From: an uncultured Bacteroidales bacterium
Lineage (GTDB): Bacteria > Bacteroidota > Bacteroidia > Bacteroidales > CAYTAU01
DNA length: 64,000 nucleotides
Assembly (NCBI GenBank): GCA_964435855.1
Contig: CAYTAU010000008.1
Coordinates: 2,096 to 66,095 of the forward strand
Direction: 5' to 3'
Numbering within the stretch: position 1 is the first letter of the stretch; every line of letters begins with the position of its first letter. Below are positions 8,920 through 18,324 of this stretch, piece after piece. The notes beneath the pieces are model-generated. The model had not been told where the DNA came from. It ran no database searches and worked only from the letters and a program-made list of their open reading frames with translations. Position numbers and translations under genes: made by a program.

Positions 8920-9034
8920 ACAACAGAGCTTTACTTGTACGAATCCTTACTTAGCTACAAATCGGTAATGTTAAGCGGTAAATTAATGTTGAAATAAAGG
9001 GCAGTCATTCAATTGATTGTCCTTTGTTGATTTT
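8920..9034 (+). ncRNA. candidate short transcript (about 110 nt) between the motif copy and a plus-strand-specific hairpin
   Basis: Hairpin gggcagtca-ttcaat-tgattgtcc (8999-9022) plus tttgttgatttt. The 9-bp stem is complete only on the plus-strand RNA (two G-U pairs become A-C mismatches on the minus strand). Confidence 0.2.
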
Positions 9035-9350
9035 ATGAATTCAACTTTACGGCTGTTCCAAAAGCTAATATCTCAGAACATCCTTGCATAACAGCAGAAG
9101 TTGTAAAACGCATTCCAACAATTGCATCAGCATTTATTTTTTTTGCTTCTTCTATCATTCTTTCTAAAGCCTGACTTCTTGAATCGTCCAGTAGTTTGGT
9201 ATATTCTGATATTTCACCGCCAACAAGGTTTTTAAAGCCTGCAAAAATATCACGTCCAATATTTCTCGCTCTAACAGTGTTTCCTTTTACTAAACCCAAT
9301 GTTTCAAGTATTTCTTTTCCGGGTATTAAATCTGAAGTTGTAACAATCAT
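9033..9350 (-). CDS. YbjQ/UPF0145 family protein (heavy-metal-binding-like domain)
   Basis: 105 aa. Typical family pattern: GLVKGNTVRARNIGRDIFAGFKNLVGGEI..Y...L...R..A..RM...A...GA.AIVGMRF. Confidence 0.85.
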   Translation of the reverse strand: MIVTTSDLIPGKEILETLGLVKGNTVRARNIGRDIFAGFKNLVGGEISEYTKLLDDSRSQALERMIEEAKKINADAIVGMRFTTSAVMQGCSEILAFGTAVKLNS

Positions 9351-9365
9351 AATTATAAATTTAAG

Positions 9366-10148
9366 TTAATCAATAATATTTTGAATTACTCTTAATTTGT
9401 GTGAGTATTTTTTTGTCTCACTGTTGTAAATTCCCTGATGATCTAGTTTATCAATTCTTACTTTGCCTGATGCATGAATAATTAATCCATTTACTAATAC
9501 CACTCCCGTATGAGTGATTATTCCATCTGTATTTTCAAAAAATGCAAGATCTCCCGGCTTTGCTTCATGTGTAAAATTTAATGTTGTACCTAAATTAACC
9601 TGCTCTTTTGCATCGCGAGGCAAATCAATACCATTTAATTTGTATAAAATTTGAGTAAAACCACTACAGTCAATACCAAATGGAGTACGACCACCCCATA
9701 AATATGGTGCATTTAAATAAATTTTAGACAGGTCAACTATATGCTTTCTTACATCATTACTTCTATTATAAGCATCAATTAGTTTGTACTCAAGATTATT
9801 GTTTTTAAATAAATTAGTATTTTTATCATAAAAGTGCAGCAAACTTCCCGGAACAAGTTGAGTTATTTCTTTAGTTTTTATACATTCTACTTTTGTTAAT
9901 AGTTTATTTGTGAAAACAGGTTTAAGAGTACTCATTTTCTCAAAATCTTCTTGTTCAATCTCTACAAACATTTTTTCATCAATCCAGCCTTCATAATTAT
10001 CATGAGCTAACTGAATAAAAAACCAAGTTTTCTTCTTTTCAATAATAGTAAATAACTCTCCAAACAAAACCTGACTTACCATTTCGCTTTGCTCTGTAGG
10101 CTCGCGTCGTAAGGGAATAATTGTTGATATAGCTATGCCAAATTTCAT
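9366..10148 (-). CDS. NlpC/P60 (C40) peptidoglycan peptidase with N-terminal SH3b-like region
   Basis: YLWGGRTPFGIDCSGF (catalytic Cys) and ITHTGVVL (His). YkfC-like architecture. Confidence 0.85.
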   Translation of the reverse strand: MKFGIAISTIIPLRREPTEQSEMVSQVLFGELFTIIEKKKTWFFIQLAHDNYEGWIDEKMFVEIEQEDFEKMSTLKPVFTNKLLTKVECIKTKEITQLVPGSLLHFYDKNTNLFKNNNLEYKLIDAYNRSNDVRKHIVDLSKIYLNAPYLWGGRTPFGIDCSGFTQILYKLNGIDLPRDAKEQVNLGTTLNFTHEAKPGDLAFFENTDGIITHTGVVLVNGLIIHASGKVRIDKLDHQGIYNSETKKYSHKLRVIQNIID

Positions 10149-10434
10149 TGTATATTATAAATTCTTTTGTTCCAATTAATAAATAAAAACAAGTGTCTAA
10201 ATTAATAAAATTTAATCAAACCATTTATCATTGTCAATTTCATATTTATAATTATAAACATAATTAATTGCCTGCTTCTGTAACCTTGTAGTATTGTGCA
10301 ATTTACCATAGTCCTTTTTTGTGAAATCATGTTTAAAAAAAATTAAATTGTTTTGAACAGATTACGACAAATTTACTTGTCTGGTATACAGGAGCTTATT
10401 TACTCCTGAATGTGTCTTTAAAGTTTCTTTGTTA

Positions 10435-10536
10435 TTACTCCAAAACAATTTTTTGCACAATTATTCCTTTGCTTTTTGTTACTTTAATAATGTAGATGTT
10501 TTTGGCTTGATTATTTAAATGCCATTTTGCCTCATT
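10435..10536 (-). pseudogene. relic of a T9SS C-terminal sorting domain (last ~30 aa only)
   Basis: The +1 frame after the GT-C stop reads NEAKWHLNNQAKNIYIIKVTKSKGIIVQKIVLE*. It aligns with the tails of both intact CTDs in this window (..LSNGIYIIKINDKNFKFIKN*, ..LSGGVYLCKIITDIKIITKQVVLIK*). A stop lies immediately upstream and there is no start. Confidence 0.4.
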
Positions 10537-12295
10537 CTAAAAAAATAATTTGAAAAATCTCATTTAAACTAATTGTATCACTATTCCCTCTTATTGTTTC
10601 ATTAGGTTGAAGGGACAAATAAAAGCCATGATCCGTTTTTAAAGCAACTTTATTATTTTCTAATTGAATTACTTCAAATGTTTCCCATGCCCATGGATTA
10701 GAGCTAGAGGCATCTATTAAAGAATCAATATTTTTATCGGCATACATGAAGTGATTGTTGTTAGCTTGCAGAATTAATTGTTGCTCTTTATACTTATAAA
10801 CCCTAAATTTTTCATTATTGCCAATTGTTAAACTATTTGCATAAATGATAGCATTTGGGTCTTTTAATTTTAAAAACTTATTGTTTGCTGCTTGGATGGC
10901 CGTGTATTGGCCTGGAGCTGTTGGGCTTGCGATTGTAGGGATTGACTCGTAAATACCTTTTAAGGCTTTTTTAAGGTCTGGTCTATCCAATAAACTTACC
11001 CAATTTTTTACATGTTCGTCTTTTAGGAAGTGGGCCCAATATGATTCTTTTGTCATTGAATCCCAATGAATAATTTTTTTGTAATATTGCTTTGTACTGA
11101 ACAGATTCAAATAAATAAAGAATATTAAAGTTGTAAAAATTAATATTTTAGAAGTTAGCTTTAATTTTAATATTTTATTTATAAAAAATCCTAACGGTAT
11201 TGCCATTATTGCATAAGAGTCAATGAACGCTCTGCCACCAAAACCACCACCGTACCACCAACACCACCACGACAAAATAATCCAGATATTTAATACTACA
11301 AATAAGAGAACAGATATGCTAAGATCTTTTACTTTTGAAAAGAGTATTGGAATGCCTATAAATGTAGCGAAAAACATAATTGGTGTATAAATAAACCAGC
11401 CTTTCCGGTATCCAAATAATCCTTCTATAATTTGTGGATTATTAAAAAAGAAACCCTCATCTTGATAAGAATAATAAAACCAACTCCCTGTAATTATTTT
11501 CCAATAAATTACTTGAGGTAGCCATATTATTATAATTGCCAAAATAATAAATGATAGATGAAACCATTTATTTTTAAAAAATACAACTCTCTCTTTCAGG
11601 GCTTTAATTGAAGGAACTCTATATAAAAGAAAGAAAATTCCAATGATAATGTTTGTTGGTCTAACTAAAACAATTAAACCAAATAATAATCCAATTATTA
11701 TAGAATTTTTTATTGTAGGTTTGGAGTAATACTTATCAATAAAATATAGAAATGCAGCAAAAAGTGTAAAGCTATATATATGAGACATTGCCGGTTCAAT
11801 TGTTGCATAAAAAAATAAATTTGTTCCTAATGCAATTAAAAGTAATGTTATACCAACTGTAATGTCATTAAGATATTTTTTCAAAAATTTTCTTAAGTAA
11901 AACAATCCAAGAAATAAAAATAGACAAGCATTAAACGAAAGTACCATTTTGTATGGTTCTGAATACCCATCTGCAGGGAAATCACTTAATTTTGCTATTG
12001 CATGGCCAACAAAGAATGCAGGAGTATATAAATATGCTAAGCCCATACTTGTTTTGATTACTCGTTTTCCATCTTCAGTCTTTAAATACCAGATTTTTTT
12101 TTGAACTTCTTTAGTCTTTTTGAAATAAAGCGTTAGGTCATGGTATATAAATGTGGCAGGAACATATACATAATAATGATTAACATCCCAACATATAATC
12201 CTATCTTTCTTCCATAGCTTTAGATCCATCATTACAATAGTTGTAGATAGGACTACTATAAAGATTACAATATAAGAGAAACTGATCTTTTTCAT
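10532..12295 (-). CDS. polytopic GT-C-like membrane glycosyltransferase (PMT/ArnT/YfhO-like) with C-terminal fascin-like beta-trefoil domain
   Basis: 587 aa. About 12 predicted TM helices, with an early loop carrying WDVNHYY. The C-terminal ~130 aa is soluble with repeated beta-trefoil-like segments (NNKFLKL.., NEKFRVY.., NNHFMYA.., WETFEVIQLENNKVALKTDHGFYLS). Confidence 0.55.
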   Translation of the reverse strand: MKKISFSYIVIFIVVLSTTIVMMDLKLWKKDRIICWDVNHYYVYVPATFIYHDLTLYFKKTKEVQKKIWYLKTEDGKRVIKTSMGLAYLYTPAFFVGHAIAKLSDFPADGYSEPYKMVLSFNACLFLFLGLFYLRKFLKKYLNDITVGITLLLIALGTNLFFYATIEPAMSHIYSFTLFAAFLYFIDKYYSKPTIKNSIIIGLLFGLIVLVRPTNIIIGIFFLLYRVPSIKALKERVVFFKNKWFHLSFIILAIIIIWLPQVIYWKIITGSWFYYSYQDEGFFFNNPQIIEGLFGYRKGWFIYTPIMFFATFIGIPILFSKVKDLSISVLLFVVLNIWIILSWWCWWYGGGFGGRAFIDSYAIMAIPLGFFINKILKLKLTSKILIFTTLIFFIYLNLFSTKQYYKKIIHWDSMTKESYWAHFLKDEHVKNWVSLLDRPDLKKALKGIYESIPTIASPTAPGQYTAIQAANNKFLKLKDPNAIIYANSLTIGNNEKFRVYKYKEQQLILQANNNHFMYADKNIDSLIDASSSNPWAWETFEVIQLENNKVALKTDHGFYLSLQPNETIRGNSDTISLNEIFQIIFLE

Positions 12296-12311
12296 AGACT
12301 GAAATTATTCT

Positions 12312-13025
12312 TTATTTAAATTTAAGGATACCATACTTAATAATGGTCCATAATATTTTAAAAGCATCTTTGTTTCTAAGCTTTTTACCTTCACCATAGT
12401 TTCTTGGGAAATAATGAACAGGAACTTCAATAATATTATTTTTTCTTACCCTTAAAGCTTTTAATATCATTTCTGCTTCTATCCCAAATCGCTCTTCTTT
12501 TAATTTAATTTTATTGTAAAGGTCTCTATGTATTAATTTATAACCACATGCCATATCTGTTAGTTTAACATTTATAAATATGGATGTGATAAATGTGAAT
12601 ATTTTATTTCCTAAGTATCTTCGGTAGGAAGAAACTGGCCTTAAAACTCCTGGAAGATATCTGGAGCCATTTACAAATTGCACATTGAATCTATGCATTG
12701 CATCTAATAATACAATAATGTCATCAATGGATAATTCCATATCGGCATCTTGCATGAGAAAAATATCTCCATTTGCTTTTGCAATACCAGTTTTTACAGC
12801 AGCACCTTTACCTCTGTTGATTTCATGTTGTAGAAATATAAAATTATTTTTATTCTTGGAAAAATTTGAGACTATTTCATGTGAATTGTCGCTTGAACCA
12901 TCATCAATAACAATAAATTCAATAGTGGAAATATATGAAGGAAATTTAAGTTCGTTAAGCTTCTGTAATGTTTCTAATATGTGATTCTCTTCATTAAAGA
13001 ATGGAACAATAATACTTAATTTCAT
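12312..13025 (-). CDS. family 2 glycosyltransferase (polyprenyl-phosphate sugar synthase type, ArnC/GtrB/CsbB-like)
   Basis: KLSIIVPFFNEE, VIDDGSSD, GKGAAVKTG, LMQDADME. About 237 aa with no long TM region. Confidence 0.85.
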   Translation of the reverse strand: MKLSIIVPFFNEENHILETLQKLNELKFPSYISTIEFIVIDDGSSDNSHEIVSNFSKNKNNFIFLQHEINRGKGAAVKTGIAKANGDIFLMQDADMELSIDDIIVLLDAMHRFNVQFVNGSRYLPGVLRPVSSYRRYLGNKIFTFITSIFINVKLTDMACGYKLIHRDLYNKIKLKEERFGIEAEMILKALRVRKNNIIEVPVHYFPRNYGEGKKLRNKDAFKILWTIIKYGILKFK

Positions 13026-13325
13026 AATTAAAGTTATTAGCAGATTTAATCCTAATCCAAATGAACTTATTTTTTAAATGAATATTCTATTCAAAATATA
13101 GTTTTTAAAATTTTATTTATTGATATATTTTACAACAGTAATAATTTTTTTAAAAAATTGCATAAAAATAACATTAAAATGAAGAATAATTAGTCAAATT
13201 CATAAAATGTACTTCTTGTAAGTCTTAAAATTATTCTCATTTAAATGACGACATACACTCTTTAACCACCTTTTTTACAGCAAAACCATTGCTTGTTGTT
13301 ACTTTTTTATGTTTGAGATTTATTC

Positions 13326-13354
13326 CAAGATTCAAAATAAATGCAAAAGGTTGC
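13326..13354 (-). promoter_or_regulatory. weaker copy of the GCAACC-N17 motif (ATCTTG in the -10 position)
   Basis: Minus strand reads GCAACC ttttgcatttattttga ATCTTG. The spacer differs by 1 nt from the copy at 404-432. It lies about 300 nt upstream of the GT2 start. Confidence 0.25.
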
Positions 13355-13468
13355 ATGTAAAGAGAAGAAAAAAGTGAACTAAAGGACTTAAAGTGTAGAG
13401 TGCTTATAATTATTTTAATTTTAAGGTTAATTTTTTCTTTTAATTAAAAACAAAAATTAAATATTTGT

Positions 13469-13476
13469 TACTTTTG
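13469..13476 (+). promoter_or_regulatory. Bacteroidota sigma-A type -7 box (TAnnTTTG) for the phosphonate operon
   Basis: TACTTTTG lies 17 nt before the ATG at 13493. No clear -33 TTTG at the canonical spacing. Confidence 0.35.
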
Positions 13477-13492
13477 CCTAAAAAAAAATATA

Positions 13493-14785
13493 ATGACAAA
13501 AAAAGTATATGTAGGGATGAGTGCAGATATGATTCATCCCGGACATTTAAATATTATTAAGGAAGCAAGTAAATTAGGCAATGTTATTGTTGGAATACTT
13601 ACCGATAAAGCTATTGCTTCATATAAGCGCTTGCCTGCATTAAAATATGAACAACGAAAAATAATTATAGAAAATATAAAAGGTGTAACTGAGGTTATTC
13701 CGCAACATGAATTAGATTATACAGTTAATTTACGTAAAGTAAAGCCGGATTATGTTGTTCATGGAGACGATTGGAAAGAAGGTATTCAGAGAAGAGTGCG
13801 TCAAAAAGTTATTGACACACTTGCAGAGTGGGGAGGCAAACTACATGAAGTGCCATATACAAAAGGAATTTCTTCAACACAATTAAATCAAACACTAAAA
13901 GAAATTGGTACAACTCCTGAAATAAGAATGGGTAAATTACGTCGTTTAATTGATTCAAAACCAATTGTTAGAGTGATGGAGGCTCATAATGGTTTAACAG
14001 GATTAATTGTTGAGAATATCAATGTTAAAAAAGATGGCATGACAAAAGAATTTGATGCCATGTGGCTTAGTAGCCTCACTGATTCTACTGCCAAAGGTAA
14101 ACCAGACATTGAAGCAGTTGATGTTACTTCGCGCCTACATAGTCTTAACGACATTTTAGAAGTAACCACAAAACCTATTATATATGATGGTGATACAGGT
14201 GGAATTCCGGAACATTTTATATTTACTGTGAGAACTTTGGAACGTCTGGGAGTTTCTGCAATAATTATTGAGGATAAAACTGGTTTAAAGAAAAATTCTC
14301 TTTTTGGAACAGATGTTAAACAAACCCAAGATTCAATAGAAAATTTTTCTAATAAGATTAAAACAGGTAAGCAATCACAAATTACAGATAGTTTTATGAT
14401 AATAGCCAGAATAGAGAGTTTGATACTAAAGCAAGGAATGGATGATGCTATTAATAGAGCAAAAGCGTATATAGAAGCGGGGACTGATGGTATTATGATT
14501 CACAGTAAAGAAAAAGATGGAAATGAAATTCTTGAATTTTGCAAAAAGTTTAATGAATTTGATAGACGTGTCCCCTTAGTTGTTGTTCCTTCTAGTTATA
14601 ATCACATATACGAAAAGCAATTCATTGATGCAGGTGCTAATGTCGTAATTTATGCAAATCATTTGTTGAGGAGTGCTTACCCTGCAATGATTGATGTTGC
14701 AAAAATAATTTTAGAAAATGAACGTTCTTCTGAAGTTAATGATAAATGTATGTCAATTAAAGAAATACTAACTCTTATCCCATAG
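13493..14785 (+). CDS. pepM: bifunctional cytidylyltransferase-like domain / phosphoenolpyruvate mutase
   Basis: The N-terminal ~130 aa is TagD/ECT-like with a HIGH-type motif ([18 protein letters not shown]). The C-terminal PepM domain has DGDTGG and [13 protein letters not shown]. Confidence 0.9.
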   Translation: MTKKVYVGMSADMIHPGHLNIIKEASKLGNVIVGILTDKAIASYKRLPALKYEQRKIIIENIKGVTEVIPQHELDYTVNLRKVKPDYVVHGDDWKEGIQRRVRQKVIDTLAEWGGKLHEVPYTKGISSTQLNQTLKEIGTTPEIRMGKLRRLIDSKPIVRVMEAHNGLTGLIVENINVKKDGMTKEFDAMWLSSLTDSTAKGKPDIEAVDVTSRLHSLNDILEVTTKPIIYDGDTGGIPEHFIFTVRTLERLGVSAIIIEDKTGLKKNSLFGTDVKQTQDSIENFSNKIKTGKQSQITDSFMIIARIESLILKQGMDDAINRAKAYIEAGTDGIMIHSKEKDGNEILEFCKKFNEFDRRVPLVVVPSSYNHIYEKQFIDAGANVVIYANHLLRSAYPAMIDVAKIILENERSSEVNDKCMSIKEILTLIP

Positions 14786-14792
14786 ATAAATA

Positions 14793-15923
14793 ATGATTAG
14801 TCCTAATTTTTTTTATAATTACTTAACGAGTAAAAATATAGAGTTTTTTACAGGTATACCTGACTCATTATTAAAAGATATTTGTGCTTATATTACAGAT
14901 AACACTTCAAAGAAAAATCATATTATTGCGGCAAACGAAGGAAATGCAATTGCTATTGCAGCCGGATATCATATGGCAACAGATAAAATCCCTTTGGTTT
15001 ATATGCAAAATTCAGGAATAGGCAATGCTGTAAATCCGCTGCTGTCACTTACTGACTCGAACGCGTATAATATTCCGATTTTACTGATGATTGGTTGGCG
15101 AGGTGAACCTGGAACAAAAGATGAACCGCAACATGTTAAACAAGGCTTGGTTACAACTTCTTTGCTTGATGCGATGAAAATACCATATTTAATTTTAGAC
15201 CAAGACGAACAAAATGCCAAAGAACAAATAGATGAAGCAATAAATAAAATAAATAAAACAAATGTTGTTTTTGCTATTATTGTTAGAAAAGGAACTTTTG
15301 AAAAATATAGTATCAAGCAAAAAACAGATGCAAATTATACACTTTATCGCGAAGAGGCAATTAAAATAATTGTTGAGCAATTAGAAGGAAAAGAGTTAAT
15401 TGTTTCAACTACAGGAAAAACTTCTCGTGAGCTTTTTGAATGCAGAGAGGCATTAAATCAGCTACATAATGCTGATTTTTTGACCGTAGGTTCTATGGGA
15501 CATGCTAGTCAAATAGCATTAGGTATAGCATTAAGCAAACCTAATAGAAAAGTAATATGTATTGATGGTGATGGAGCTGTTTTAATGCACATGGGAGGGT
15601 TTGCAATTATAGGAACACAATCTCCAAAGAATTTTTTACATATAATTATAAATAATGGAGCACATGAATCTGTTGGTGGACAACCAACTGTAGCTTTTGG
15701 TATTGATATTCCATCTATTGCTAAAGCCAATAATTACAAATACGCCGTTAGAGTTTCAACATCAGATGAGCTTAAAGATGCTCTTGTAGAAATTGATAAA
15801 AACTTATTCCCGGCACTTATTGAAATAATGGTACGAACAGGTTCAAGAGATGATTTAGGTCGCCCTACTATTAAGCCGATAGATAACAAAATTAATTTTA
15901 TGAAAAATCTAGCATCAGAATGA
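14793..15923 (+). CDS. ppd: phosphonopyruvate decarboxylase
   Basis: 376 aa. ThDP motif GDGAVLMHMGG...NNGAHESVGGQ. Sits immediately after pepM. Confidence 0.88.
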   Translation: MISPNFFYNYLTSKNIEFFTGIPDSLLKDICAYITDNTSKKNHIIAANEGNAIAIAAGYHMATDKIPLVYMQNSGIGNAVNPLLSLTDSNAYNIPILLMIGWRGEPGTKDEPQHVKQGLVTTSLLDAMKIPYLILDQDEQNAKEQIDEAINKINKTNVVFAIIVRKGTFEKYSIKQKTDANYTLYREEAIKIIVEQLEGKELIVSTTGKTSRELFECREALNQLHNADFLTVGSMGHASQIALGIALSKPNRKVICIDGDGAVLMHMGGFAIIGTQSPKNFLHIIINNGAHESVGGQPTVAFGIDIPSIAKANNYKYAVRVSTSDELKDALVEIDKNLFPALIEIMVRTGSRDDLGRPTIKPIDNKINFMKNLASE

Positions 15924-17047
15924 GGCAAGAAGTATATAGAAATACGCAATTTTTAGATTTTAAGAAGTTTGTTAATAGGTATAATCCACAAAAAGTATTT
16001 TTGGTTGTGGATAAAAATTCATACGAGGTTTCCGGAGCAAGATTATTTATTGAAAAAATCTTTGGCGATGCTTTATCTGTCGCATTTTCTGATTTTAATC
16101 CCAATCCTCAATTGTCAGACTTAAAAAAAGGTATCTTTTTATTTCAAAAAGGTAAATATGAATTAATCTTGGCATTAGGAGGAGGGAGTGTTATTGATAT
16201 GGCTAAGCTGATTAGTGTAATGGTACATCAAGATCAGGATGTTAAAAAAATTGCAAAAAGAAGTGCTATTTTGAATAATAAAAAGACCCCATTGTTAACT
16301 ATTCCAACAACAGCCGGTACAGGTGCAGAAGCAACATCATTTGCAGTTCTTTATATTGATAAAGTCAAATATTCTGTTGCAAATGAATCAATATCTCCCA
16401 ATTATATTTTTTTGTCTCCCGAATTTTTAATGTCTGCACCTCCATATTTAACAGCTTGTACAGGTCTTGATGCATTTTGTCAAGCAATAGAATCTGTTTG
16501 GAGTATTAATTCCACAACAGAATCTAAAAAATATGCTCTTGAAGCAATTGATATAGTATGGAATAATCTGAAAATGGCAGTTGTTGATAATGACAAAAAA
16601 GCAAAGTCATTAATGCAAGAAGCTGCGTATTTAGCAGGTAAAGCAATAAATATCACAAAAACAACAGCGCCACATGCTTTGTCTTATGCTTTTACAAGTT
16701 ATTATAATATACCCCACGGGCATGCGGTAGCTTTGAGTTTGCCTTTTTTCTTTGAGTATAATTATGGGGTTTTAGATATTGACTGTAATGATACTCAAGG
16801 TGGAGATATTGTTAGAAATCGAATAAATGAGATCTTAAAAATAATGAATCTTAATATTGATAATGTGAACAATGAACTTACTTTATTCTTTGATTCAATA
16901 GGGATTAATATTAATATTATGACATTAATTAAGGATTTTAATCCAGATATAATTGTTAACAATATAAATCTTGAACGATTAAATAATAACCCAAGAAAAA
17001 TTAATAAAAAATCATTGATGAGTTTTTTAAATAACTGTAAATATTAG
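15920..17047 (+). CDS. iron-containing (group III) alcohol dehydrogenase, probable phosphonoacetaldehyde reductase
   Basis: GGGSVIDMAK and PHALSYAF..IPHGHAVAL metal-site histidines. ATGA overlap with ppd. The specific substrate is inferred from context. Confidence 0.7.
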   Translation: MRQEVYRNTQFLDFKKFVNRYNPQKVFLVVDKNSYEVSGARLFIEKIFGDALSVAFSDFNPNPQLSDLKKGIFLFQKGKYELILALGGGSVIDMAKLISVMVHQDQDVKKIAKRSAILNNKKTPLLTIPTTAGTGAEATSFAVLYIDKVKYSVANESISPNYIFLSPEFLMSAPPYLTACTGLDAFCQAIESVWSINSTTESKKYALEAIDIVWNNLKMAVVDNDKKAKSLMQEAAYLAGKAINITKTTAPHALSYAFTSYYNIPHGHAVALSLPFFFEYNYGVLDIDCNDTQGGDIVRNRINEILKIMNLNIDNVNNELTLFFDSIGININIMTLIKDFNPDIIVNNINLERLNNNPRKINKKSLMSFLNNCKY

Positions 17048-17068
17048 TAATACTAAGTAACTTCTATT

Positions 17069-18307
17069 ATGACAAAAATACTTTTATATATAGACCCAGC
17101 GTCAACAAGTGCATTGCTTTATATTATAATTGCCATTGCAGCAACACTTGCCTTTGCCTTACGTGGTTTTTTCTATAGGATTAAAAATTTAATTTTTGGA
17201 AAAGGATTTATAAATACTAATGAATTTAATAATATTGATATTATTTTTTATTCTGAAGGGAAACAATATTGGCCTGTGTTTTATCCAATTATTAAAGCTT
17301 TGGAAAAGAAAAATATTGAATGTGCATATTTAACATCAGATGATAAAGATCCCGGCTTAGACTATAAATCAGAACTTCTTAAAACAAAATTTATAGGTAA
17401 TTTAACTATGACATCAGTTTATTTAAAAAAATTAAAAGCTAAATTTGTTGGAATGACTACACCACAACTTGATGTAATGATGATACAGCGATCAAAACAT
17501 ATACAACATTATGCTCATATAGTACATGCTCCTATTGATGTTTTTACATATCGTAAATTTGCTTTTGATTATTTTGATTCTGTTTTTTGTTCAGGACCAC
17601 ATCAAATAGAAGGAATTAAAAAACTAGAAGAGAAACGTGGAACAAATAAAAAACTTCTTTTAGAAACTGGACTTACATATTATGATGTAATGTTAGAGGA
17701 TATTAAAAAATTACCAAACCCAGATAAGCAAAGACCTGTTGTATTAGTTGCTCCAACATGGAAAGAGTACTCAATATTAAACAGATTTGGATTAAAGTTT
17801 TTTGAAAATCTTCTAAAAGATGAATCTTATGATGTTATTTTAAGACCTCACCCACAAACTTATGTGAGTTTCCCAAAATTAATTGCAGAAATTGAAGAAA
17901 AATATAAAGATGAACCACGATTTGTTGTTGACAGAGAACCATTAGGAACAGCAAGTATGTTGAAAGCTGACTTGATGATCAGCGATTTGTCAGGAGTGTT
18001 TTGGGATTTTATGTTTTTATATTCCAAACCTATCTTATTATTAAAAACGAACTTTGAATCTATAGAAGGTTTTGAAGGAAGTGAGTTAGACTATGAAATG
18101 TGGGAAATGAGAGAAAGAAGTAGGGTTGGGAGTATTTTTGATGAAGATGATTTAGAAAATATAAATAAAGTTGTGAAAGACTTATTAGAAACCCCTCCTC
18201 TTATGCAGTTAGAAGAGCTGAGAAAGCAGTCAGTATTTAATTTTGGGAGGGCTGGAGAAACAGCTGCTAAACAGATATTAGAGATAATAGAAGATATTGA
18301 CAAATAA
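17069..18307 (+). CDS. TagF/TagB-family CDP-alditol-type phosphotransferase homolog with N-terminal TM helix
   Basis: VVLVAPTWKE, ILRPHPQT, DLMISDLSGVFWDF, SKPILLL: the hallmark string of the CDP-glycerol glycerophosphotransferase family. Confidence 0.75.
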   Translation: MTKILLYIDPASTSALLYIIIAIAATLAFALRGFFYRIKNLIFGKGFINTNEFNNIDIIFYSEGKQYWPVFYPIIKALEKKNIECAYLTSDDKDPGLDYKSELLKTKFIGNLTMTSVYLKKLKAKFVGMTTPQLDVMMIQRSKHIQHYAHIVHAPIDVFTYRKFAFDYFDSVFCSGPHQIEGIKKLEEKRGTNKKLLLETGLTYYDVMLEDIKKLPNPDKQRPVVLVAPTWKEYSILNRFGLKFFENLLKDESYDVILRPHPQTYVSFPKLIAEIEEKYKDEPRFVVDREPLGTASMLKADLMISDLSGVFWDFMFLYSKPILLLKTNFESIEGFEGSELDYEMWEMRERSRVGSIFDEDDLENINKVVKDLLETPPLMQLEELRKQSVFNFGRAGETAAKQILEIIEDIDK

Positions 18308-18324
18308 AAAAATAACAAAAAATA

